64,000 bases of DNA, taken from the NCBI GenBank assembly GCA_035353395.1, contig DAOPZL010000009.1:5687-69686 (forward strand), written 5' to 3'. A program made the translations under genes and the position numbers. Numbering within the stretch: the stretch's first letter is position 1; each line of letters opens with the position of its first letter. The notes under the pieces were generated by a model. That model had not been told where the DNA came from. It ran no database searches and saw only the letters and a program-made list of their open reading frames with translations. Below are positions 55,988 through 64,000 of the stretch, piece by piece. The stretch is from Holophaga sp. (lineage in GTDB: Bacteria; Acidobacteriota; Holophagae; Holophagales; Holophagaceae).

Positions 55988-58168
55988 ATGTGGAAGGGGC
56001 TCGCATGGATGCTGTGCGTCCTGGCCGGGCAGGGCCTCCTCGCCCAGGGTGCCCTGGGATCCCAGGCGGCCCGGCGCTGGGCCTGGGACCAGGCGAAGAC
56101 CTGGCGCTGCTCGAAACGGGATGCCCAGGGGAAGCTGCTGTGGGAAGACAAGCCCCTGCTGTCGCTGCCCTACGGGGAGCAGAACGAGCAGCTCCTCGGC
56201 CGGCTGAAGGGAGAGGCCAGGGAACGGCGGGCGGCCCTGGTCGTGCTCGGGGACCGACCCCTGGACCACTGGGCCAGGGCCGCGCTCCTGGCGTCCGGGA
56301 ATCGCGACGAGGTCGCCCACTTCCTCCATTTCAAGGGCTACCGGCTGCCGGGCAAGGACCCCTTCGCCTACCTGGAGCCTTCCTCCCTCGTGGCCAGGCC
56401 CTGGACCCAGGGCCTGGGGCTCCATCTCGAGGGACCCGGCGCCTGGCGCTTCCAGTGGATCCCAGAGCCCGTCCTGCTGCCCAGCACGGACGCGGCCGGG
56501 GTGCTGCCCCGGGCCCTGGAGCAGGCGGCACAGCCCAGCGCCATCCTGCACCTGCGCCAGTTCCGGGGCGGGCTGGCCCGGCTCCGGGCCCTGGCGGGCG
56601 GCCCCGGCGGCATGGTCCAGGCCCTGGCCCGCGGGAGCCGGGCGGGATTCTTCGCGAGCCACCTGGAGCCCTGGCTGGAGCGTTCCTCGGTGGCCCTCGC
56701 GCCCCTCGCGGACCGCGAAGTCTGGGTGCTCCACTACGGCCTCGAGCGCGGCGGCCCGGGGCCCTCGGGAGGCACCCTGGTCTTCCTCCCGGGGACCCTG
56801 CCGGCGAGCACCCGGATGTTCCTCGAACTGCTGAGGCTGAATCCGACTTCGAGGGGGGCCCGCGCCAGGGTCGTCACCTGGACGGGAGCCTATGGGGGCC
56901 AGGCCAGGGTGATCCAGGTCCGGGGGGCCGGGGGAGTCCTGAACGTCTGCGCGACGAAAGACGGGACCTGGATCTGCGACCGCGAGGCGCCCCTGCGGTC
57001 GGCCCTCTTCCCGGCGGCGGACGTGACCCTCGGCGAGCGACTGGAGTGGTGCAAGGTGGCGCTGGCGGGGATGCGGCCGCGGACGGAAATCTCCCTCTGG
57101 CTGCTGCCGCGCCTGGGCGCGGGCGCGGCCTTCGAACGCACCGCCCTCCGGCGGAGGCTGCTGGGCGGCCGCCAGAAGACCTGGAACAACCCCTGCATCG
57201 CCAAGGCGGCGCCCCGGAGCGGGACGCTGTCCGTGGCCCTGGGAGCGGGCCCCACGGAACCGCTCGTCGCGTCCCTGCTCCGGAAGGACCAGGAGGCTCC
57301 CATCGAGGACCCGGAACTGCCGAAGATCGCGGACGGCGGCGGCAACCTGACGCCCGAGCAGCAGGAAGCCTACCTGTCGGAACTGCAGGCCGCGAGATCG
57401 CGCCGGGAGGCCCGCAAGGTCCTGCGGCAGGAGGCGGACGCCCTGCTCGCGACCCTCGATCTCCGGGGCGCGGCCTTCTACTGGAAGGGCTGGGTGGCCG
57501 CGCCGCCGCTCTCGATCCAGGAACAGGCGGCCCAGGCGGAGTTCAGGAAACTGCAGACGGAGAGCCGCTACCAGGCCCGTCGAAGGCAGCGCGAAGGGAA
57601 GGCCGGCTTCTACGGCGGATTCGGCGAACCGGGGATGACGCCCAGCGTGGCCCTGGCCCTGCCCGTGCGTCCGGAGGGACGCGGCGCCCTGGAGGCGGCC
57701 CTCCGGCGGCTCTGGTCCCATCTCTTCAAGGGACGGCTCGAGAGCCGCGAGTACGCCAAGGGGGTCCAGCTCCACCGGATCCGTACCGCCCAGGCCTTCA
57801 CGCCCTGCTACGCCCTGGTGGGCGACACGCTGGTGGCCGGCAGCGACGACGCGGCCGTCCAGTCCATCGCGGGAGGACTCCTGGGCCAGGCCCCCACGAT
57901 CGCGGACCTCCAGGGAAGGTCCTTCGGGACGGCCCATCTCGATGGGGTCTCCGCGGCCGGGGATCTCGAGACCCTTCTCCTCGCCTACCTGAGGACCACC
58001 CAAGGGGGCGGCGCCTGGTGGTTCGGGGAGCCCTCGCCCTCGGACGACGATGCCTCGGCGGAAGTGGCCTCCACCTTCGGGCCCTTCCTCGGAGCCATGA
58101 AGGCCCTGGGCACCAGGACGCTCCAGGTGGAATGGACCCCCGCCGGCCTGGAGGCCTGGCCGCGATGA
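55988..58168 (+). CDS. hypothetical secreted protein, first gene of the alpha-2-macroglobulin operon (possibly YfaA/DUF2138-like)
   Basis: Track ORF 55889..58168 trimmed to ATG 55988 ([21 protein letters not shown], a signal peptide). The family guess rests on operon position relative to the DUF1175 and A2M genes, not on motifs. Confidence 0.6.
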   Translation: MWKGLAWMLCVLAGQGLLAQGALGSQAARRWAWDQAKTWRCSKRDAQGKLLWEDKPLLSLPYGEQNEQLLGRLKGEARERRAALVVLGDRPLDHWARAALLASGNRDEVAHFLHFKGYRLPGKDPFAYLEPSSLVARPWTQGLGLHLEGPGAWRFQWIPEPVLLPSTDAAGVLPRALEQAAQPSAILHLRQFRGGLARLRALAGGPGGMVQALARGSRAGFFASHLEPWLERSSVALAPLADREVWVLHYGLERGGPGPSGGTLVFLPGTLPASTRMFLELLRLNPTSRGARARVVTWTGAYGGQARVIQVRGAGGVLNVCATKDGTWICDREAPLRSALFPAADVTLGERLEWCKVALAGMRPRTEISLWLLPRLGAGAAFERTALRRRLLGGRQKTWNNPCIAKAAPRSGTLSVALGAGPTEPLVASLLRKDQEAPIEDPELPKIADGGGNLTPEQQEAYLSELQAARSRREARKVLRQEADALLATLDLRGAAFYWKGWVAAPPLSIQEQAAQAEFRKLQTESRYQARRRQREGKAGFYGGFGEPGMTPSVALALPVRPEGRGALEAALRRLWSHLFKGRLESREYAKGVQLHRIRTAQAFTPCYALVGDTLVAGSDDAAVQSIAGGLLGQAPTIADLQGRSFGTAHLDGVSAAGDLETLLLAYLRTTQGGGAWWFGEPSPSDDDASAEVASTFGPFLGAMKALGTRTLQVEWTPAGLEAWPR

Positions 58169-59136
58169 GACGCGCGGCGCTCTGGCCGGGAGGAGGCGCC
58201 CTCCTCCTCGCGGGGGCGGCGGCCCTCGTGCCCGTGCGCCACCGGGGCCGGATCGAGTGTTCGGAAGGGAACCCCGTCCAGCGGATCGTGCTGGAGAGCC
58301 GGAGCCTGCTGGGCCTGCGGCGGACCGCCTGGCGGGCCCGGGTGGAGGGAGCGGAGGCCTGGGGAGACGCGGGGACGGGCTTCTACCTGTCTCCGGAGCG
58401 GCCGACGGCGGTCGTCCTGGCTGCCTGGCCGGGCTTCCGCGAGAGATTCCTGCTCTCGCCCGTCGAGACGGATCCTTCCGGCGACCTGCTCGGCCAGGGG
58501 GACCAGGACGCCTTCCGGACCTGGTTCGTGGCCCTGCTGGAGCAGCAGCTCGAGGGAGCGAGCCCCGCCTGGGAACCCGCCCAGCGGGACTGCGCCGGAC
58601 TCCTGCGCTTCGCCTTCCGGGAGGCCTGGGGTCCCCATACGGAGGCCTGGCGGGCGAGGACGGGGTTCCCGCCCTCGCCTGTGGCGGGGGATCCCAGCCC
58701 CGCCATGGGAGGCCCCTGGCGCGCCGCCTTCCCCACCCCCGCCGGCTGGCAGCCCTTCGCCAAGGGCGCGTTCCTGCGCGGCCACGCCTGCGTGCCCCTG
58801 GGACGGGACCTGGCCGAGGCCGAGCCCGGGGACCTGCTCTTCTTCGCCAGGGGTGGGGCCCATCCCGAGCCCGACCACGCCATGGCCTTCGTGCGGCCGG
58901 ACGTCGACGGACAGCCGATGCTGGTCTACCACACGGGGCCCGAGGGATCCGGGCGGACCCGGAAGGATGGGGAAGTCCGACGCGTGCGCCTGGACGACCT
59001 CCTCCACCATCCGTCCCCGGACTTCAGGCCCCTGCCGGAGAATCCCGCCTTCCTCGGGCTCTACCGATGGAAAGTCCTCTGCAGCGGACTCGAACGCGCA
59101 GCCCTTCCCGACCCTTCCGCCCCGAGTCGACCATGA
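58165..59136 (+). CDS. DUF1175 (YfaT/MagB-like) protein
   Basis: This is the C-terminal part of track ORF 55990..59136. ATG 58165 overlaps the preceding stop (ATGA). It has an N-terminal hydrophobic segment ([17 protein letters not shown]). The motif [16 protein letters not shown] and the later GDLLFF..HAMAF fit my recollection of DUF1175. Confidence 0.7.
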   Translation: MRRAALWPGGGALLLAGAAALVPVRHRGRIECSEGNPVQRIVLESRSLLGLRRTAWRARVEGAEAWGDAGTGFYLSPERPTAVVLAAWPGFRERFLLSPVETDPSGDLLGQGDQDAFRTWFVALLEQQLEGASPAWEPAQRDCAGLLRFAFREAWGPHTEAWRARTGFPPSPVAGDPSPAMGGPWRAAFPTPAGWQPFAKGAFLRGHACVPLGRDLAEAEPGDLLFFARGGAHPEPDHAMAFVRPDVDGQPMLVYHTGPEGSGRTRKDGEVRRVRLDDLLHHPSPDFRPLPENPAFLGLYRWKVLCSGLERAALPDPSAPSRP

Positions 59137-62100
59137 ACCGGTTCCGTTTCCTCCTCTCCCTGCTGATCCCGGCGCTCCTGCTGCTGCCCAGCGCCGGCTC
59201 CTCGGCGCCGAAGGCCGCCGAAGCGGCCTGGCGCGAAGGGGGCTGGGTGGGCGCCTTCGCGATGCCGCGCCCCACGCTGCCCGGGCGGACCGCCTGGCTC
59301 GAGGCCGCAGGCCCCGTCCCGAGCCAGGTGCGGGTGCGCCTCTACCGCGTCGAGGACGCCGAAGGCCTCCTGAAGCAGCTCCTGGCCGCGAAGGAGGGCG
59401 AGGCCTTCCTGGCAGGCGGCCGGGGAGGGCGGGACCCCCTCGACACGCTGAGGGAGGCCTTCCTGTGGGGCGGCCGGCGGGCCTTCGTGACCGTCCACCG
59501 CACCGCCACCCAGGCGCTGCGCGACCTCGCCCGGCAGACCGAGCGCCTGGGGCCGCCCAGGCTCGGGTCGACGCCTCCCCGCGACGGGGATGCCCTCGTC
59601 CTGGAGGGCCAGCCCGGCCTCGCCTTCATGACCGAGCTGGTGCCGAAGGTGACGGAGGAGATCACGGCGGCGAAGGAAGGGGAGGGAGACGAACCGGGCC
59701 ACCTCAGCCGCGTGGAGCTTCCCGCCCAGCGCGCCGGGATCTACCTGCTGGAGATCCTGAAGGGGAGCGAAGCGGCCTACGTCCCCTGGCTCGTGACGGA
59801 CCTGGCCCTGCTGGCCGAGCAGGACGGCACGCGGCTGAGGGTCCAGGCTCTCAACGCCCTGGACGGTTCCCTCCGGCCGGGCGTCACCGGCCGCATCGTC
59901 GAAGGGGGCGCGGCCCGGCCCCTGGCCTTCGGCTCGGACGGCCGGGCGGAGATCCAGGCCGGTCCCGGGGTCCGCCGCGTGGTCGTGGCCCGGTCCGGGG
60001 ACAACTGCGCGCTGCTGGCCATCGAAGGGCAGGGGACCGCCGCGGTGAAGCAGCGCCTCTACGCCTTCACGGAACGCCCCCTCTACCGCCCTGGGCAGGA
60101 GGTGCACCTCAAGGCCATCCTCCGCACCGTCGAGAACGGCGAAAACCGTGTGCCGAACGGCATCGCCGAGCTCCCCTACACGGTCCTGGACCCCGAGGAC
60201 ACCCGCGTGGCCGAAGGCCGGGCGAAGCTCCTCGACGCGGCCACCGGCACCTTCGGGGCCGCGGTCCGGCTGCCCGGCGCCGGGAGGCTGGGCCTTTTCC
60301 GGGTGGTCTTCCAGGGGCCCCAGGGGCCGGGACAGGCCGAATTCAAGGTGGAGCACTTCGTGAAGCCGAGCTTCTCCGTCGCCGTGGCCGCGGGGAAAAC
60401 CAAGGCCGGGCTCGGGGACGGCGTGTCCTTCTCGATCAAGGCCGACTATTTCTACGGCGCGGCGGTGCGCGGCGCCAGGGCCGACTGGTTCCTCTACAAG
60501 GTGGCCAGGAGCGGCTACGGCTGGTACTGGGGCGGCGGGGAGGAGGAACCCGCGCCGGAACTCATGGAGAGCGGCCAGCTCGAGCTGGACGAGGACGGCG
60601 CGGCCAGGACCGGCGAGTTCAAGATGACGGAGGAAGGCCTCTGGCGGCTGGTGGTGAAGGTCGCCGACGGCAGCGGCCAGCGGAACTCGGGCGCCGCGCA
60701 GGTGAGGGTCGCCCGGGGCGACCGGGTGGTCCTGGTCGATGCCGACCGCAGCGTCGCCGCCCCCGGGAAGCCGTTCGCGGTGGTGGCCAGGGTCCAGGAT
60801 CTGGACGGGAACGAGGTGAAGGGCGTGCCCATCGTGCTGAAGGCGACCCGCATCCTCGCCGAAAAGAAGGACGGCGCCTGGTGGACGAGGCCCACGGCCC
60901 TCAAGCCCGGCGAAGTGCTCGCGAGCGCGCCCGGGCCCAGGGCCCAGCTCGCGATCCCGGAAGGCGGGCTGTTCCTCGTCCTGGCCGAAGCCAAGGATGG
61001 CCAGGGACGCCCGATCTCCGCCCAGCGCCTCGTCACCGTGGCGGCCGAGGGCACCCCGCTGCCTGCCGTGCGGGACCTCCGCGCCGGGGCCGACAAGCGG
61101 GAATACAGGCCCGGCGAGACCGCCCGGATCCTGGTGCGGCTCCCGCGGCCCCGGCTGACCCTCCACTGGTCGCTGGAGCACGAGACCCTGGGGACCCGGC
61201 AGGCGCGGGTCGTCCAGGGGACGACCACCGTGGTGGAGATTCCCGTCACGGAGGACATGCGCCCCAATGCCTGGGCCGTCTTCGAGATCGTGGCGGAAGG
61301 CCGGCGCCAGCTCGCCGAAGTGCCCATCCGGGTGCCTCGCATCGACCGCCGCCTCCAGGTGGACGTGGCCATGGACCAGGCCCACTACCAGCCGGGCCAG
61401 ACCATGAAGCTGGCCGTGGGCGTGAAGGACGCCGACGGTCGGCCCGTGGCCGCCGATCTCAGCGTGGGCGTGGTGGACGAAGCCATCTACGCGCTCTCCG
61501 GGGAACTCCATCCCGATCCCGTCCGCTTCTTCCATCCGTCCCGCCGCCACGGCGTCCTCCGCAGCGGCAGCACGGAATGGAGCTTCTGCGACCTGCTGCG
61601 CCGGCAGCGGCCGGTCTGGAGCCTGAAACGGACCCGGCGGGGCGAGTTCAAGAGCGAGGACCACGACAAGGTCCGCGACAACTTCAAGGACACGGCCCTG
61701 TGGGTGCCGTTCCTGGCCACCGGCAGGGACGGGAAGGCCTCCGCCGAGGTCGTGCTGCCGGACAACCTCACCGCCTGGAGGGCCACCGCCACCGCGGTCA
61801 CGGGCGACACGAGGCTGGGGGTCGGCCGGGCTTCGGGGCCCGTCTCCAAGCCCCTGCAGGTGAGCCTCACCCTTCCGCGGACGCTGTCCCTGGGCGAGGA
61901 GGCGCGGGTCATCGCCCAGGTGCGGAACCTTTCCGGAACGCTCATCCCGGGCAAGGTCCGCCTCGAGGTGGCCAACGGGAGCCTGGCCGGGGACGCGGAG
62001 GGCGCCTTCTCCCTGGCGGACAAGGGCGAGTTCAGGTTCGCCGTGCCGCTGCTTCCCTCCGGGACGGGACAGCTCACGGTGACGGCCCGCGCGGAGGGAG

Positions 62101-63887
62101 GCGGCCTGAAGGATGCGGAACGGCGCAGCGTCACGGTGCTGGACCAGATGGTCCCCGCCTCCGTGAGCGGCCATCTCCTCCTCCAGGGCGGCTCCCGGAT
62201 CCAGGAGATCCCCGTGCCGCCCCACGCGGCGGGAGAGGCCTCCCTCGTGCTGACGCCCGTGGGCACCCTGGAGCACCTGGTCGCCCCATCCCTGCCCTAC
62301 CTGGTCTCCTATCCCTACGGATGCGTCGAGCAGACCCTCTCCAGCTTCGTCCCCAACATCCTCCTGGCGGATCTCGTGAAGCAGGGGCTGATGCCGCCGA
62401 TCGACTGGAAGCAGCTGGTCGACCTGGACCGCAACATCCGCGACGGGGTCTTCCGGGTCTACGGCTACCAGCAGGGCGACGGGGGCTGGGGCTGGTATGC
62501 GCCCCACGACTTCGGCCAGGCGGCCAACCCGCACACGACCGGCTACGCCATCCAGAGCCTCGCCCTGATGAAGCGCCTGGGCTACGAGGTGGACGAAGGC
62601 GTCTACCGGCGCGGACGCCAGGCCGCCATCGCCCTCTTCCAGGAAACCGCCCGCCAGGCCGACGCGCGAACCCCCGGAACCGCTCCCGGGAAGGGGGAGG
62701 CGCCCGATCCGTGCGCGGACGCGGCCTTCCTGCTGCAGGCCCTCGCCCAGACGGGCGAACCCCTCGCGGGCGTGCTGGACAGCACCGCGGACAAGGTCCT
62801 CCAGGGCAAGTGGCCCGGGGCCCACGTCCTGGCCATGACCGCCTTCGCGGCGGCCTGGACCCGGCACCCGAAGGCCCAGGCCCTGGCCGCCGGGCTGGAG
62901 CGGGCGGCGGTGGTGAAGGGCGGGCTCGCCCGCTGGGAAGGGAACCGGGACGACTGGTTCGGCTACAGCTCCGGGGACGTGGTGCCGACCGCCATGGCCC
63001 TGAAGGCCCTGGCCCTGGCCAGCCCCCGGTCCCCGCTGATCCCCCAGGCCGAGGCCTTCCTCGCCTCGGAGTTCCAGGGCTGCGGCTGGTATTCGACCTG
63101 GTCCACGGCCCAGGTGGTGGAGGTCCTGCCCTGCCTGGCAAAGGTCCGGAAGCTGGAGTGGGATGCGCCCGCGCTCAAGGTCTCCATCGCGGGAGGTCCT
63201 TCCTGGGACTTCTCCCGGCAGGGGGACCGGGCCCTCCACCGCTGGGGGAGTCGAGACCCCCGCCCCGGCTTCTTCCCCATGGACGCGCCGAAGCCGCTGA
63301 AGCTCACGGCGTCGGGCCGGGGCGTGCTGGTCTGGACCTATGCCTACCAGGTGCCGGGCAGCGCGGCGGGGGCCGTGAAGGCGGAGAGTTCCTCCGCCAT
63401 GCGGATGGAGGTGGTCCGTTCCCTGTGGAAGCTGCGGACGCCCCGGCAGACCGGAGAGCCCAGGAAAGGCTGGATCCGCGAAAAGTGGACCGGCGGGCTC
63501 CAGGTGGGCGACGAAGCCTGGATGGAACTGCGGGCGAAGGTCGACCGCCCCGCGGACTACGCGATCCTCGAAGTGCCCCTCCCGGCGGGACTCAGTCCCA
63601 CGGTGGCCCTGGAGGGATTCGTGCTGGAGGGCCAGCCCCTCGCGGAGGGGAGCGATCCGGACGAGTGGAGCCGGCAACCGCGCATCGAGGTCCATCCCGA
63701 CAAGGTGGTCTGCTTCTTCCGGCGGCTCGAGCCCTGGGACGCGCCCCGGGTCCGGATCCTCCTGAGGGCGGGCCTGGCGGGCCGCTACCGGCTCCGCCCC
63801 GCCAGGCTGAGCCTCATGTCCAACGAGAGCCAGTGGACCACCTGCGATGGCCTGGACCTGCGCGTGACGGAAGGAGGCCGGCCATGA
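59133..63887 (+). CDS. bacterial alpha-2-macroglobulin family protein (1584 aa) with CVEQ thioester motif
   Basis: In the frame of track ORF 58257..63887. ATG 59133 overlaps the preceding stop (ATGA). The signal peptide is [23 protein letters not shown], with no lipobox Cys. It has repeated macroglobulin-type beta-sandwich segments. Thioester-domain motifs: [13 protein letters not shown] (Cys-Val-Glu-Gln at 62322-62333) and GDGGWGWY. Confidence 0.9.
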   Translation: MNRFRFLLSLLIPALLLLPSAGSSAPKAAEAAWREGGWVGAFAMPRPTLPGRTAWLEAAGPVPSQVRVRLYRVEDAEGLLKQLLAAKEGEAFLAGGRGGRDPLDTLREAFLWGGRRAFVTVHRTATQALRDLARQTERLGPPRLGSTPPRDGDALVLEGQPGLAFMTELVPKVTEEITAAKEGEGDEPGHLSRVELPAQRAGIYLLEILKGSEAAYVPWLVTDLALLAEQDGTRLRVQALNALDGSLRPGVTGRIVEGGAARPLAFGSDGRAEIQAGPGVRRVVVARSGDNCALLAIEGQGTAAVKQRLYAFTERPLYRPGQEVHLKAILRTVENGENRVPNGIAELPYTVLDPEDTRVAEGRAKLLDAATGTFGAAVRLPGAGRLGLFRVVFQGPQGPGQAEFKVEHFVKPSFSVAVAAGKTKAGLGDGVSFSIKADYFYGAAVRGARADWFLYKVARSGYGWYWGGGEEEPAPELMESGQLELDEDGAARTGEFKMTEEGLWRLVVKVADGSGQRNSGAAQVRVARGDRVVLVDADRSVAAPGKPFAVVARVQDLDGNEVKGVPIVLKATRILAEKKDGAWWTRPTALKPGEVLASAPGPRAQLAIPEGGLFLVLAEAKDGQGRPISAQRLVTVAAEGTPLPAVRDLRAGADKREYRPGETARILVRLPRPRLTLHWSLEHETLGTRQARVVQGTTTVVEIPVTEDMRPNAWAVFEIVAEGRRQLAEVPIRVPRIDRRLQVDVAMDQAHYQPGQTMKLAVGVKDADGRPVAADLSVGVVDEAIYALSGELHPDPVRFFHPSRRHGVLRSGSTEWSFCDLLRRQRPVWSLKRTRRGEFKSEDHDKVRDNFKDTALWVPFLATGRDGKASAEVVLPDNLTAWRATATAVTGDTRLGVGRASGPVSKPLQVSLTLPRTLSLGEEARVIAQVRNLSGTLIPGKVRLEVANGSLAGDAEGAFSLADKGEFRFAVPLLPSGTGQLTVTARAEGGGLKDAERRSVTVLDQMVPASVSGHLLLQGGSRIQEIPVPPHAAGEASLVLTPVGTLEHLVAPSLPYLVSYPYGCVEQTLSSFVPNILLADLVKQGLMPPIDWKQLVDLDRNIRDGVFRVYGYQQGDGGWGWYAPHDFGQAANPHTTGYAIQSLALMKRLGYEVDEGVYRRGRQAAIALFQETARQADARTPGTAPGKGEAPDPCADAAFLLQALAQTGEPLAGVLDSTADKVLQGKWPGAHVLAMTAFAAAWTRHPKAQALAAGLERAAVVKGGLARWEGNRDDWFGYSSGDVVPTAMALKALALASPRSPLIPQAEAFLASEFQGCGWYSTWSTAQVVEVLPCLAKVRKLEWDAPALKVSIAGGPSWDFSRQGDRALHRWGSRDPRPGFFPMDAPKPLKLTASGRGVLVWTYAYQVPGSAAGAVKAESSSAMRMEVVRSLWKLRTPRQTGEPRKGWIREKWTGGLQVGDEAWMELRAKVDRPADYAILEVPLPAGLSPTVALEGFVLEGQPLAEGSDPDEWSRQPRIEVHPDKVVCFFRRLEPWDAPRVRILLRAGLAGRYRLRPARLSLMSNESQWTTCDGLDLRVTEGGRP

Positions 63888-64000
63888 GACGCCTGCTGCT
63901 GCCGATGCTGCTCTGTGCGGGCCTGGGGGGCCGAGCCCAGGCCGGGCCGCCTCCCCGGGCGCTCCCGCCGGTCTATGCCCCGGATCCCTCCAAGTGGCGC
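63884..64000 (+). CDS. secreted protein, 5' fragment (next gene of the A2M operon; possibly YfaQ/DUF2300-like)
   Basis: ATG 63884 overlaps the A2M stop (ATGA). My own translation is [38 protein letters not shown], which is signal-peptide-like. It is truncated by the window end, and the family is guessed only from operon order. Confidence 0.5.
   Translation, partial: MRRLLLPMLLCAGLGGRAQAGPPPRALPPVYAPDPSKWR

Noticed and set aside
55990-58164. Upstream part of the 1048-aa ORF 55990..59136 (+)
   Set aside because: It is an alternative frame across the first operon gene and is Arg/Pro/Gly-rich. Only the segment from ATG 58165 (DUF1175-like) looks like a real protein.
59061-63695. 1544-aa minus-strand ORF opposite the alpha-2-macroglobulin gene
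   Set aside because: Same antisense-shadow composition (runs of R, P, G, E). The plus-strand frame has a signal peptide, macroglobulin repeats and the thioester motif.

Overview
This is a 64-kb chromosomal segment from a high-GC bacterium. Ordinary 60-nt lines that I hand-counted sit near two-thirds G+C. The phylum cannot be fixed from sequence alone. The ferredoxin/Fe-S dependent enzymes and a PEGA-domain Ser/Thr kinase would fit an Acidobacteriota/Holophagae-like or Myxococcota-like organism, but that is only a guess.

I support about 58 densely packed protein-coding genes, mostly housekeeping:
- ppdK (partial), rluB-like, ribA, nrnA-like, add, a Fur-family regulator, aroC, dnaX, ispE, map, ggt and a class-I DAHP synthase
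- two Lrp/AsnC regulators, and thrC followed by an apgM-like 'proposed homoserine kinase'
- a korDABC-type 2-oxoacid:ferredoxin oxidoreductase operon, sdaAB/sdaAA, truA and hutI
- two convergent hybrid histidine kinases, a PDZ/multi-TM/PP2C phosphatase and a PEGA Ser/Thr kinase

I found no rRNA, tRNA, CRISPR array, transposase or integrase.

Two accessory modules stand out.
1. At 29.87-35.97 kb there is an orphan T6SS cargo island. It holds vgrG with a DUF2345-like segment and a TTR-like tail, a translationally coupled 620-aa Ser-Asp-His lipase-like effector, and a 477-aa signal-anchored Tli4-like immunity protein. The island is entered through a ~95-nt extremely AT-rich leader. It carries two sharply lower-GC blocks inside the effector and immunity ORFs, so the effector/immunity pair looks mosaic.
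2. At 55.99-64.0 kb there is a translationally coupled Yfa/Mag-type alpha-2-macroglobulin operon. Its 1584-aa A2M nevertheless shows an intact CVEQ thioester motif.

Many very long ORFs in the supplied track are antisense shadows typical of high-GC DNA and were rejected. All family assignments come from motif recognition by eye; no database search was run.
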